From assembly GCA_002189035.1 (NCBI GenBank), contig NEEC01000011.1, positions 2,976,001-3,040,000 of the forward strand: 64,000 nt of DNA, written 5' to 3'. The position numbers and the translations under genes were made by a program. This stretch comes from Utricularia gibba (taxonomy: Eukaryota > Plantae > Magnoliophyta). Position 1 is the stretch's first letter. Every line of letters starts with the position of its first letter. This document shows positions 37,844-49,296 of this stretch, in pieces. Under the pieces are notes generated by a model. That model was not told the DNA's origin, did not search any database, and saw only the letters and a program-made list of their open reading frames with translations.

Positions 37844-39308
37844 TTACTTCACACCCTTGCGACTATTTTTGACGCGCTGAAGTAGCGATTGGTATTCTTG
37901 GCTCCTGGACCATTCGTCGATCTCTCGTGCTCGGAGAACAGGAAGAGGATGGGAAAGCTGCCTTGTCTGCGCATTCCTGCGAAGTGCGCTGGCCCTCTTT
38001 AGTAGGCGTGCAAGTGACTTTGCATTCGAAGGTGTAAAGAGTTGGAGTTTGCAGACCTTATGTACCAGCCAACTGGGGTCGACGAGGCTTTGTCGTAAGA
38101 GCGAGCTTGCTCCAAGAAGGCATCAACGTTCAGCTGATCGGCCATGGAGGGGCAGCCACCGGCTAATTTCATCAGAACAGAGATGACCACCTCTTGTAGG
38201 GGCATGACAGAGGAGTTCATAGAACAAGTCACTACGTATGTTTGTATTGATTCAGGAGCTGTGAGAAAGTTCTGTGATTATCTCTACCTTTGGGTCTCGA
38301 GAAACCAGAAGGGCCGCACGGTCGCATGTAAGTTCGGCTGCACGAAGCCAGCGGAAGAGTTGCTCCTCTAATCTCTGAGCTATGAAACCGCCGAGGCCTG
38401 ATAAACAAGGGTGAAAGATGAGGAAAATGGCCCGATGTTTCAGAGAATTCAGTTTCGTACCGGGTACAGCATATGCCCCAAGTGTGAGGATATTAGCCAA
38501 AGTGAGCCAGACGCCATGGTCACATTTGAGATGCCCCAACTCATGAGCCAAAACAGTCTGCAAGATACACAAGATGCATTCCATGACTCAGAAGTCGGAT
38601 GATAGGGGAAAAACTAAGGAGCACCTGCAACTCCTTCCTTGACAGAAGTTCCACTAAGCTGGTATGGACAACAACAAATGGTTTCTTTCCACTCATGGCC
38701 AGGGTGTACGCATTCGGCACAGGACTCTGGCGCAAGTACAGGTCCGGTGGCTCGACGTTCAGTACACCGGCCGCCTCAGTCATCAGTTCATGAAGTTCAG
38801 GTAGCTGTACATCAAGCCAAAGTCATCCCCCTACTCAGAAAATCGTGATGCAAATTGAGAATACAACTAAAAAAATACATAAGAAAAAAAACCTGGTTTT
38901 TGGAAACAAGAAGAGATGTTCCAATATTCTCCATAAACATAACTTGCTCAGCAATACTTCCTGATCATAGAAGTGGTAAGTAAATCTTCCCTTCTCTGAT
39001 TTCAATTGCGCAACTCACGATTACCTAATACCGCTTTCCCGATTTCATTCAATCCAGGAATCGCTCTCAAAATCAAGGTATTCTGCTAAGAAATCAGTGT
39101 TAAACAGCCGGAAAGAAGACTCGAAGAAAATCAAGAGAGTTACTTGTCTATCTAGAGGATGCCTAAAATCATCAGCATCAAGATGGCGAATAGCCGGAGA
39201 AGCAGCAGCGACAGCTCTAGGAACGAAGACTTTCCACCGTGGAGGCTTCGGCGCAGAGAAGACACTCATTGAACAGTTGAAGAACGATACAGAAACCGCA
39301 GCAGCCAT
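37844..39308 (-). CDS. PGM48: Plastoglobule-type M48 metallopeptidase
   Basis: DADDFRHPLD, YLRQSPVPNAYTLA, VLAHELGHLKCDH (HExxH), WLRAAELTCDRAALLV, QLSHPLPVLRAREID. Confidence 0.93.
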
Positions 39309-39704
39309 TGGCTTCGATTCATCAGACGTGTCCACAGTTTTATCTGCTGGTAACGGTTACTGCCGTGTCCTTCTCCTTTTTGGCTTCAAAACGGCTTACG
39401 TGTACCACCCTACCTCTCACAGTTTTTTCATTAATAATCTCTTGAAATTAATATTTAAAAAATCATTATTAAATTGTTTTAGATTCACCGTTTGATTTCA
39501 AGACATGGGATCTTGTGTTGCGTACGGCTTGATGGAATTCCCATCTTCTACGCAACAGCGAGATTCGAAAATTGCAGCAGGACTTTAACCATGACGACTG
39601 CAATGAATAATCTCCTGAGGTAACTGCTTGTGTTTCGCAATCGCCGTTTGTCTATTTGTACCCGGCGTTGAGGATCACGTTTGCCAGGAAAAGCGAACGG
39701 GAGG

Positions 39705-39913
39705 ATGTCGGATTGGGGGCCGGTGTTCGTCGCCGTGTTCTTGTTCGTGCTGCTGACTCCGGGCTGCTGATTCAGATTCCGGGCCGGAATCGTTACGTGG
39801 AGTTCGGAAACTTTCAGACGAGCGGAGTCTCCGTTTTGGTTCACGCCGTTTTGTACTTCGGTCTGAGTTGTATCTTCCTTCTGGCCATCGGAGTCCACAT
39901 GTACCTCGGCTAG
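39705..39913 (+). CDS. DUF3339 small membrane protein, copy 1, frameshifted in this sequence (homopolymer error or pseudogene)
   Basis: MSDWGPVFVAVFLFVLLTPG in one frame and LLIQIPGRNRYVEFGNFQTSG...HMYLG* in another. One G is missing in the run at 39761-39763. Confidence 0.8.
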
Positions 39914-40108
39914 AGCGAGGGCAGATTAGACATTAATAATTGCATTAGGATGATTTAATTGTTAAAATGAAAGATCTCCCCCCAAGCCGTACATACGACT
40001 TAAACAATATTTTGGAAAATAAAATGAGTTTATATGAAATAAAAGAGGAGTTGGACAAGGGCCCTACATATCAGATCCAGCAGGGTGGATCCTTCGCGGT
40101 GCGGTGAA

Positions 40109-40318
40109 ATGGCGGACTGGGGCGCGGTGCTGATCGGCGTAGTTCTCTTCGTCCTGCTCCAGCCAGGGCTCCTCTTCCAGATTCCCGGCAACAACCGCCC
40201 CGTGGAATTCGGCACTATGACGACCAACGGCAAGGCAATCGCTCTCCACACTCTCCTCTTCCTCATTCTCTACGCCGTGCTAATCCTCGCCTTGCATGTA
40301 CACATCTACACTGGTTGA
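40109..40318 (+). CDS. DUF3339 small membrane protein, copy 2, 69 aa
   Basis: MADWGAVLIGVVLFVLLQPGLLFQIPGNNRPVEFGTMTTNGKAIALH...HIYTG*. Confidence 0.93.
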   Translation: MADWGAVLIGVVLFVLLQPGLLFQIPGNNRPVEFGTMTTNGKAIALHTLLFLILYAVLILALHVHIYTG

Positions 40319-40651
40319 TCCCGTTCCAGGTTTTTGTCGCCTGGAATTTCAAAGCCGTTTTATTCGAATCTCGCTGTTATTGACCTGCCGATTTGGTTAG
40401 AGTCATCTGGTTTTCAGTTGAAATTGACCTAATCGCCGTTAATTTTCTGGATTTCACATTATCGTGCGTCGATTAACCTAATTTTTCTTGTTATGCTAAT
40501 CCTCTGTTCTGCTTCACGCGCTGCTGATCGATATTTCCAGAAACTGTATACGGTTGTCACTGAGATGAGTTTCATATGAGTAATAAATGTAAGTCAAATG
40601 TTATAAATTCTGTCGAGTATATTGCAAGTCGCAGGGGCAGCCGAGCGGAGC

Positions 40652-40864
40652 TCAGCCGGACCGCATGTGAACTCCGATGGCTACAATCAAGATGGTGTAG
40701 ATACAGAAGTAGATCACAGCATGAACCAGTATGGAGATTCCACTGGTGTACATGTTGCCGAACTCGATCACCCTTGCCCTCGCCGGCAATTGGAAGAGCA
40801 GCCCCGGCGAGAGGAGCACGAACATCACCACCGCCACGATGACAGGCCCCCAATCCGCACCCAT
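40652..40864 (-). CDS. DUF3339 small membrane protein, copy 3, 70 aa
   Basis: MGADWGPVIVAVVMFVLLSPGLLFQLPARARVIEFGNMYTSGISILVH...HMRSG*. Confidence 0.93.
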   Translation of the reverse strand: MGADWGPVIVAVVMFVLLSPGLLFQLPARARVIEFGNMYTSGISILVHAVIYFCIYTILIVAIGVHMRSG

Positions 40865-41598
40865 TCTCGTAAGACAAAACCTGAACTCCAACTGGGGGTA
40901 AAGTAGGAGGCCTGTCTTTGCATAGGGAAGAAGGACCTGAGGAGTTAAAGGTGGTGGAAGGGCGTAAAGGGAGGCAAAGTATATCAAGCAATCGGCTGCC
41001 TGATTGCATCGCATCACACTGCACCATTTCAATTGGACCAATTTTAAATCAATAGGTTAACCATTCAATTTTGGACGGAAGGCAAAGAAACTCCTTTTGG
41101 GCTTCAGGCTGGCGGCCCAATCCGCCACCGACTTTTTTTGTTTTCATCTTTTAGATTTGTTCGCGGCACAGTAGAAATCGGCGAACTTCCCGCTCCCAAG
41201 GTCCCAAAATTTTTCGACAGACTTTTCCGTTGGTTTTCTAGGGTTCACGTTGTAAGTTTTTAACGTCTGCTGGAGCAATTGGATCCGGCTTTCCGGACAT
41301 TTTCAGGTAGATGTTTCTTTATCCCGTTCTGCTCCGTTTGCTTCGTCGCGAAATTTCGCTACGGTTGCTGTTGATGTTCATGGTGTTGTTTCTCTGCAAA
41401 GCAAACACCTTCTGTGGATGTGTGTATCATGTAACCTTAGATTTATGGATATTTGTTCAGTTGAGCGAGTAGAATGTGAGAAGGATAGTTTTGATGCTAC
41501 AAAAAAGGCAACAGTTCCAATTATTCAGTGCTTTTTGGCAAGGTCTGATTTCCGCGTTTTTCTTAGGGATTGTTGCAGGGAAAAAATCTTGGTATCAA

Positions 41599-42935
41599 AT
41601 GAGTACTAATGAATCAGGACCAAACTTATTTGGTCTGTACAGGGATGAAGTGTCAGAGTTACTGTCTCAAGACGATGATGTCTTACCTTTTCCAAATCAA
41701 CTTTCTTTCCCTGGAAACATACATGAGGAGAGTGCCACAGGGTCGAATGCAATAGGGGCTATGCTCTCCGAGTTCAAAAGAGAGCGGTTAGCATCATTAT
41801 TAAGGAGAAGTGCAGTTGACTTTGCTTGCGAGGTTGAGGAGGAGGTATAGAATTCCATGTATGATATTTTTGCTGCACGTTTTGATGACCTACAAGAAGT
41901 ACAGAGGTTTCATTGTAGCTTTTGTGGTGCTGCGTGTTTCTCTATGTATGTGACATCATTTTTTTTTTCTTGACATGTGTTTGTATTGCTCCATGCTGAC
42001 TATGCTTTGTGGCACATTTAAAGAGTTCCGAGTATTATGCGTTCCCGTGCTTATGGATGGTTTTGGTAGATGGCAAAGCCTGCTGAGTCTGCACACCAGA
42101 TACGTTCACTTTTGAGAAGAAAGAAAAGCGGTTCCGACTCTGATGAATCTGTTCACGAGAAGGGGGTGAAAACATCGTCTACAAGTTTGGTACGCAGCTC
42201 CCTAAACCAGTGCTTTAGTTTCACAAAAATTTTTCTCATGAAGTTCACTTGCTTTTCCAGTATGTCATGCTGACTTTTGTTTTGGGTGTTATTTTTTGTG
42301 TCTTCTTTTCAGTGCAGTGATGATTTAGACTTTGTTTTAGGGAATGATCCCACCAAGGTTGAAGCTTTGATTGACAGGCACAGTCAGGAACTTGCTGATG
42401 CAGTAGGTATCTCGACTACCATTGCAACTTGGCGATGACTGAGCAATGCTAAGCCTAACAACACTCTTCTTATGAGATTTCCATTAACGTTCTTAACACA
42501 TTGATGCAGTTGCTTCAAGTGGAGCAGCATCTCGAGGAGTTCCTAAACACTGTAATGACCACTTGCAGGTAGTTGAGATAACTCCTTCCCCACACCCACC
42601 ACTTTCAATCCAATGCTGTTAGTATGTAACAGAATCCATTTTTCCTCCCTAAATTCTGATACAGGCCAATGACAATGGCTGAAAAGGAACAACTTTGCCG
42701 ATGGATTCAGGAACTATCCCCAACAGAACTTGACACCGTCGTAGAAATACTACGACATGGCAAGCCCAGGGCAGCTGAACCCAGCACCGAAGTGCTTGTC
42801 AACCTAGACGAAGAGGTAGCACCAAGCTTCATATTTCTTCAGAGGCTTATCTTTGAAGTTCAAAACGTTCCCTTTTCGCAGGATAATACAACACTATGGA
42901 GATTATACTTCTTCGTCAAGGCCTCCGGTCGCTGA
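41599..42935 (+). CDS. NET (ET)-domain protein without a bromodomain, 6 exons; start uncertain
   Basis: GPNLFGLYRDEVSELLSQ, DDLDFVL and a C-terminal NET domain CRPMTMAEKEQLCRWIQELSPTELDTVVEIL...VNLDEEDNTTLWRLYFFV. Confidence 0.85.
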
Positions 42936-43672
42936 AGAAGGCTCGCCGGGTGGAAGGTTTCCGATGTTCTTGTCCACTGCGTGGTGGCGCCTCCACGGAG
43001 CAAGTTTCGGTAGACACTCACCCAGCTTTGATATGCCTTCATGTGTTCATAGAAAGCATGCTGCCCCTGTGTTGTCTTCCTTATAAAATACTCAGAAACA
43101 ACACCTGTTATGATGTTTATAGAAATTTAGGGGTCAAAAGACGAAAGTTGTCATTCTGTGTCAAAAAAATGTTTTAGGTTTTTATTGTTAAGGATTTTTT
43201 TTATTATTTTGTATTTATTGATGATTAATTCAGTTATTTTAATATAAATATACAAAATGATACAATTGTTATTTAGATATTAGATCTCACTCTTTTATTT
43301 CACAGAAATTCGGTTTCAAAAATTATAAATGTGATTAAGATTCTTTAAAAAGTATTTGTTAATGAAAATAAAGTTGGGAAAATATTATGCGCATTAGAAT
43401 CGTGATTTAGGAATGGTTTATAAGGAAATAAATATTCATGAAATATAGAAGGGGTATTTAGAGAAATCGAATCTAACAACGTGTTCATAACCCCGATTCT
43501 CCCGCTCATCTCATGATCCTTCTTCGGATTCGATTATCTCCTTCGATTTTTGCCTACAAATGCGTTTTTGATGATGAGAATCATCTACTGAGATGCGAAT
43601 TCGAATCCGCAATCTGTTTGTTGATACTGCTTCTGCGGGGTCTTTCTCCGATCGACACATCTTTCTCCAGTT

Positions 43673-46250
43673 ATGGAATCTGAGCCTATTCTCGCGCTCA
43701 ATAACCATGGAGGATGCTTCGAGTTTCAGGAATGCGGAAGCAAAGTGCCATTCGTGATCGGTGAGTCGGAGATCGATTTTTGCGCGTTGTGTTTTTTTTT
43801 TGGTTATGGCGGTTTGTAGTGATTTCTGTTTGTTTGACTGTGGTTGGAATTTGAAGGAGTGGCTGGTGGGACTGCTTCCGGGAAAACTACTGTTTGTAAT
43901 ATGATCATGTCACAGCTCAGTGATCACAGAGTTGTGCTTGTGCATCAAGTAAACTTTTTTCCCCTCATTCTGCATTTGCTTGTTTTTTGTAGCTTTGTCA
44001 AGGTAATTTGTGCTGCATGATCGTGTGGCTTAGCAAATGAAAAAATGTGACTGACTGCAGGATTCATTTTATCGACCCTTGACTGATGAGCAGTTGCAGA
44101 AAGTCAATGATTATAACTTTGATCATCCAGGTATGCGCATTCTGTGATTTAGAGTTCCTCTCTATTTCGTTGTTTCCCAGCCGGTATTTCTGGTTGTTCG
44201 GCAACGTCTTTTTTATTTTTTAACCCTCACATACGCTGTGCTGAGTATGCATGGCTAAGTATTTGGTTTGTCTCAAAAAATTTCTTTCTTTTCCTCAGAT
44301 GCTTTTGATGCAGAGCATCTGCTTTCATGCATGGAAGCGCTAAAAGGGGGAAAGCCAGTGTGCATTCCCCATTATGATTACAAAACACACAAATGCACTC
44401 AGAAGGCTCGAATGGTACCTCATTAATTCTTGTTATACCAGAATCATAACTTTATATACAGTACGTCTTGCTTTCTCATCAGCAAAATTCTGCAGGTGAA
44501 CTTCTGTGATGTTGTAATCCTGGAAGGGATCTTAGTGCTTCATGACGCTCGTGTACGTGAGCTTATGAACATGATGATCTTTGTTGATGCAGGTTCTGTG
44601 ATTTCAAGCTTTATTTAGATTCTTCTGAATGGCTTGTGTGAAAGTTCATGGCTAAGGGAATTGCAATAATTTTAGTGATCTCTGTACCAAAATTGAGTAT
44701 AGGGTTTCTAGATCATTCATAAGCATCTCTAAATCAAATTGGTGCACTGCAGATTCTGATCTACGCCTTGCTAGAAGGATACGACGGGATACCACTGAGC
44801 GGGGCCGAAGCGTTGAGAAGGTTCTTGACCAAGTTAGTATAGGCTATTACCCTGGATCTTTTTGTTGTATGTTTCCGTGCGTTTACCAATGTTCTTGTGT
44901 TTTCCATCACAGTATTCTAAGTTCGTGAAGCCAAGCTTTGAAGAATTTATACTTCCATCCAAGAAACATGCGGATGTGATCATTCCCCGAGGAGCAGACA
45001 ATGATGTTGCCATCGACCTGATAGTACAGCATATACGCACAAAACTTGGACAGCATGATCTATGCAAAATATATCCCAATCTTAATGTCATGCGATCAAC
45101 ATTCCAGGTATCTTGATATTTTCTTTGGCTCTCATCTGATTTAAATCTCATGAAAACATTCACCTTCTATCTAGATAAGGGGATGCACACGCTTGTCAGG
45201 GATGCAAAAACAGCCTGCCACGATTTCGTTTTCTATGCAGACCGGCTCATTCGATTGGTATTGCATCCTTCTCTCTATACTGTTCCCTTCCATGTTTTTG
45301 TCTCATTCTATCAAACTAAACCACATTGGTTTCCACAATGTTCCAGGTTGTGGAGTATGGCCTGGGCCATCTTCCATTCACCGAAAAACAGATCAGTACC
45401 CCTACAGGTAACTTTCTGGCTGCCCTTATACACTGCGAATTCAGTTCGATCTTTGGTTGCCCATCTGCTTCCCTAGGATCCGTCTATTCCGGGGTAGTAT
45501 TCCACAAGCGTTTATGTGGTGTATCCGTCATTAGAAGGTATGATGTGGGAAGGAATAATATTGCCTTTTGCTTCTACACATCATCCCTGCATCACAGTTG
45601 TAGAATTTTGTCAACAGCGGGGAAAGCATGGAGAACGCCCTGAGAGCTTGTTGTAAAGCTATCAAGATTGGCAAAATCCTAATCCATCCAGATGGTGAAA
45701 ACGGCCGTCAGGTTTCTCCCCAAGAAAATTTCATCATCCCATTTTTTCCTCAAAATCCCCTCACACCTCTCTTTGCCGTTGCAGCTAATCTATGAAAAGC
45801 TGCCGCAAGACATCGCAAGCCGCCACGTCTTGCTTCTCGACCCCGTCCTCGCCACAGGTATCCATCTGATCATTTCAATCCCAATATAACCACACACAAG
45901 AAGCGAATCCTTCAACTCTATGTGATGAATGATCAGGTAACTCAGCGGTGACAGCAATATCCGTGCTGCTTAGTAAGGGAGTCCCTGAGCCCAACATCAT
46001 CTTCCTCAACCTAATAGCAGTCCGTTCATTCCTCCATCACTACTACTGGTCACTATTTCTAAGCTTCAATCTCTCACACTTCCCTTCATATGAACTTGAT
46101 GCTCAGGCGCCCGAAGGAATCCACAAGGTCTGTAAAAGCTTCCCAAGACTCAAGATTGTAACATCAGAAATAGACACATCGCTCAACAAAGACATGCAAG
46201 TCACTCCAGGAATGGGGGAGTTTGCGGATCGCTATTTTGGTACAAGATGA
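43673..46250 (+). CDS. UKL: Uridine kinase-like protein (uridine kinase + UPRT-like domains), about 14 exons
   Basis: [18 protein letters not shown] (P-loop), [60 protein letters not shown]. Confidence 0.95.
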
Positions 46251-46972
46251 TTGCATTCTCAACATCTAATGCCTAAATCCAGATAGGTAAATCACAAATG
46301 GCACTGTAATTTTTATTCTTTTTCACCTACAGCTCATTCTTTCATGTTGCATGAGGCATACAGATGCTGCTATTTATTAACATCACAAAAATTTTACTTC
46401 TGTCAGAGGAGGATGCATCACCCAACCAGCACTATGGTGAAACCAAAGTGATGAAATATTAATTATAGATAGACAATACAATGAAAAACTGGGTCTAGGT
46501 TTCTACCCACATTGCCTATGATCGAGGCCTGGTGAAATTCAATCACATAGGCCTCGATATCATAAGATAGTATAATCATCATTTTTTTTCATATTGAAAT
46601 AAAAAATTAATATTAAAAATGATTAATTTTTTCAAATACATATCATGAAATGATTAAATTTTTGAATTACCTCTTGTCGAAATCTTGTAAAAAGCTGGGT
46701 CGGCCCTTCATCACGCATGGCCCATTGTTCGGGGTCGGATCCGCTTGATAAACTGCGCTTCTTCTGCAGCGTCATCATCCTACGACCCTGAATCAAAGCC
46801 AGGAGCACCTTCAATTGATCATGGACCTGGAATAGTGAAAGAGCGGCATTTACAGTGCTCTGCTTCACAATGAGTGCTGTAATCTGGGGAGCTTTCTTAG
46901 GGAACACAGAGCCATGCAATCCCTCTGGGAATAATGATGAATTCAACCTTGATAAGAGTTCTCCAGGATCCC

Positions 46973-48885
46973 TCAGTTCTCTTCATCACTACTGCTGCTC
47001 CTGTATCTAAGACCCGATTCCGAGATGTCTCTTACGCAATTATCTTCCTCCTCGGATGTTGATCCAAAATCATCAAGATCAGATAAAAAGTCCTTTGGAG
47101 GAACACGGTTGTTCCTCCTACCACTGGATTCGAGTTGTCTTTTTTGTAAGACTTTACCCTGGTTTCGACCAAGACTAGCTTCAAGTCCAGAAAATCCATC
47201 CATAGCTTCTCCAGAAAAAGCATCACCTTCGTTTTCATCATTCACTTCATCATTTTCATCAGAATCCCAATCGGCCTCAAGCTTATCCTCATCTTCAGTT
47301 TCATCTTCGTCTAGGTCTTCATCGTCGCTGGATCTCCTGGCATATCTCTGATTCCGGCTTGCCATTCTTTCCCTGCTTCCATCGTAGTCCTCTCTTGCAG
47401 TAAACTCGGATCCTCGAACTCTACTACCGAAGTCTTCTCTGTTCCAGTACCTTACCCGCCCAAGTTCTTCCTTTTCTGCTGCTTCTTCCTCCGCCCATTC
47501 CTTATCAGCTGCATCCTCGATCTCAGCAATGAACCGGTCAAGCTCCTCCTGATCACTATCATCTCCAGAATCATCCTGAGATTCCTGAAGTCCGCCGCTT
47601 TTTAACTTTGCTTTTGTGTCTTCCCGGAAGACATAGGGACTCCCCTCATTCTTGTCAATGGCATTGAAAAACGTAGCGGCCACTCTCTGTATGCTAGCCA
47701 TCGCCACTGGATCATCAGGATTTACCCCCTTCTTACGGAGCTCTTGCTCTATTTTCTTTATATTGAGCTTCTGAGATTCGAGGGCTTGTTCGAACCTTGC
47801 CTTGAACAACGCCTGTGCATTCAGAAAACATCATGCATATGAGATGAAGCATGCACTGCATTTCTGAAATCCAGAATGACCAAAAGAGATAATAGTAACA
47901 GAATAAGCGATGCACAACCTTTCTCTTGGTAAGGGTATTGATGGGTATCAAAACCTTGGGTTGACGATAGTTTCTCCCTCTAAACATGATAATCGTTTTC
48001 GTATTGTGTATGTTGACTACTATTCCACCACTTAACCTCGCAAGCATGATAGCCATCTCCTTGATCTTCTCCTTTGGAAAATTATCACATGAAACCTGTA
48101 CGGTTTCGTGAAACTTCCAATGCATGTGCATATTTTGAACAACTCCTCCAAACACTCCACGAACACCAACGGGCACATAGTTTCTGTTTCTGAAACCAAT
48201 CTTCTTATACGCTTGTATCTGCTCTGGAGTCAATAGCTCTGGATCATGTCGAGGGGCCGGTAGCTCTGGCAATTCATACTTCTTAAGCTTTTGAAGAAGC
48301 AATGCAACCTTTTTCTTTGCCTGCACCAATCAAGCAGGACATTGCACGCCAAATTAAAGAAGATGATTACAATTAAGAGTCATGCCCTATGATCCCATTC
48401 AAAGTATGTACAAAAAATACGATCTTGAAAATCAAGCATATGTGCACTAACATGGTAGATAACAGTTTAGCCACTCATACCCGTCTAAGATTGTAGATGA
48501 GACGTTCTTCAACAGTCATCAATTTCTTCCGTAGCTTTTTAGCCCTTCTCATCTCCCTAAGAGTCTTTCCAGACTCCCTCTGCATCCTCTTCTCCACTCT
48601 ACTCCTCATACTCGTCGCGGAAAACCCACGGGTTCCACCCAAAGAATCCCTATAATCCGCAGATGAAAACTCAAACCTACAAATGCACAAATCTCTCGCG
48701 CTTCCTGCACAAAGACTCCCGCCAATCTCCTCATTCCTAAATGAAAATTTAGGAACCCCGATTACTTCAGAATTGAGATACTATACCGAATTAATTCCGA
48801 ATGAACAGTACCTCGGACCCAAGAGTAACGAACTCAGGCTCCCAGCACTACGCCTGAGGAGATTTCTGGCGGCAATAGACAACAT
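46973..48885 (-). CDS. CFM9: Single-CRM-domain organellar RNA-binding protein (CFM9-like), acidic C-terminus, 4 exons
   Basis: Mitochondrial-type presequence MLSIAARNLLRR, then KLKKYELPELPAPRHDPELLTPE and GFRNRNYVPVGVRGVFGGVVQNMHMHWKFHETV...FRGRNYRQPK. Confidence 0.9.
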
Positions 48886-48990
48886 TACGAACTGCAAACC
48901 AACGACAGCAGCGACGCAACAGACTGGGAATTTTCCAGGCGGAGGAGACGAGACCCGCGGCCGTTCAAGCAGAAAGCGTGGGGTTTGGGT

Positions 48991-49097
48991 TGGGCCCGAG
49001 CCGCGCCCACGTTAAATGGATCAGATCACGCGCAATTTAGAACAGATAATGGGCCTAAACAAAGAAGCCCAAAAAGACCGCTACGGCCCCTGGCCCA
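48991..49097. promoter_or_regulatory. Site II cluster (CFM9 promoter), about 200 bp from the FLOE-like stop
   Basis: TGGGCC at 48991 and 49050, AGCCCA at 49066, GGCCCA at 49092. Confidence 0.5.
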
Positions 49098-49296
49098 TTT
49101 CTAAACATAGCCAATTTACACAATATTCAAATAAAAAAAGGAGAAGGGTCATGCCTATTTTAGTAATGGCAGTTGCATTGTATATTCACAAGCCATCCAC
49201 AGACCAACTGCAATTAACAGGACATCAGATCAGCAGGCAAAGCAGCGGCCAAACAATTAATTGTTCACACGAAGGAAGAGATAGATCCAAGTTCTA

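Noticed and set aside
19674-39308. Eight consecutive minus-strand genes, several organelle-targeted, as a possible operon-like cluster
   Set aside because: Functions are unrelated, each gene has its own promoter-like region, and such runs occur by chance in whole genomes.
43571-43757. Short uORF (MMRIIY*) and a 54-codon overlapping ORF before the UKL start
   Set aside because: Transcription start unknown and no recognisable conserved peptide; may lie outside the mRNA.
45858-45936. UKL intron starting GTATCCAT with TCCTTCAAC near the 3' end, a possible U12-type intron
   Set aside because: Donor departs from RTATCCTT at +7 and the branch-like motif is imperfect; a U2 intron is the simpler reading.
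47025-47351. Ser-rich 108-aa plus-strand ORF
   Set aside because: Antisense of the Asp/Glu-rich CFM9 tail.
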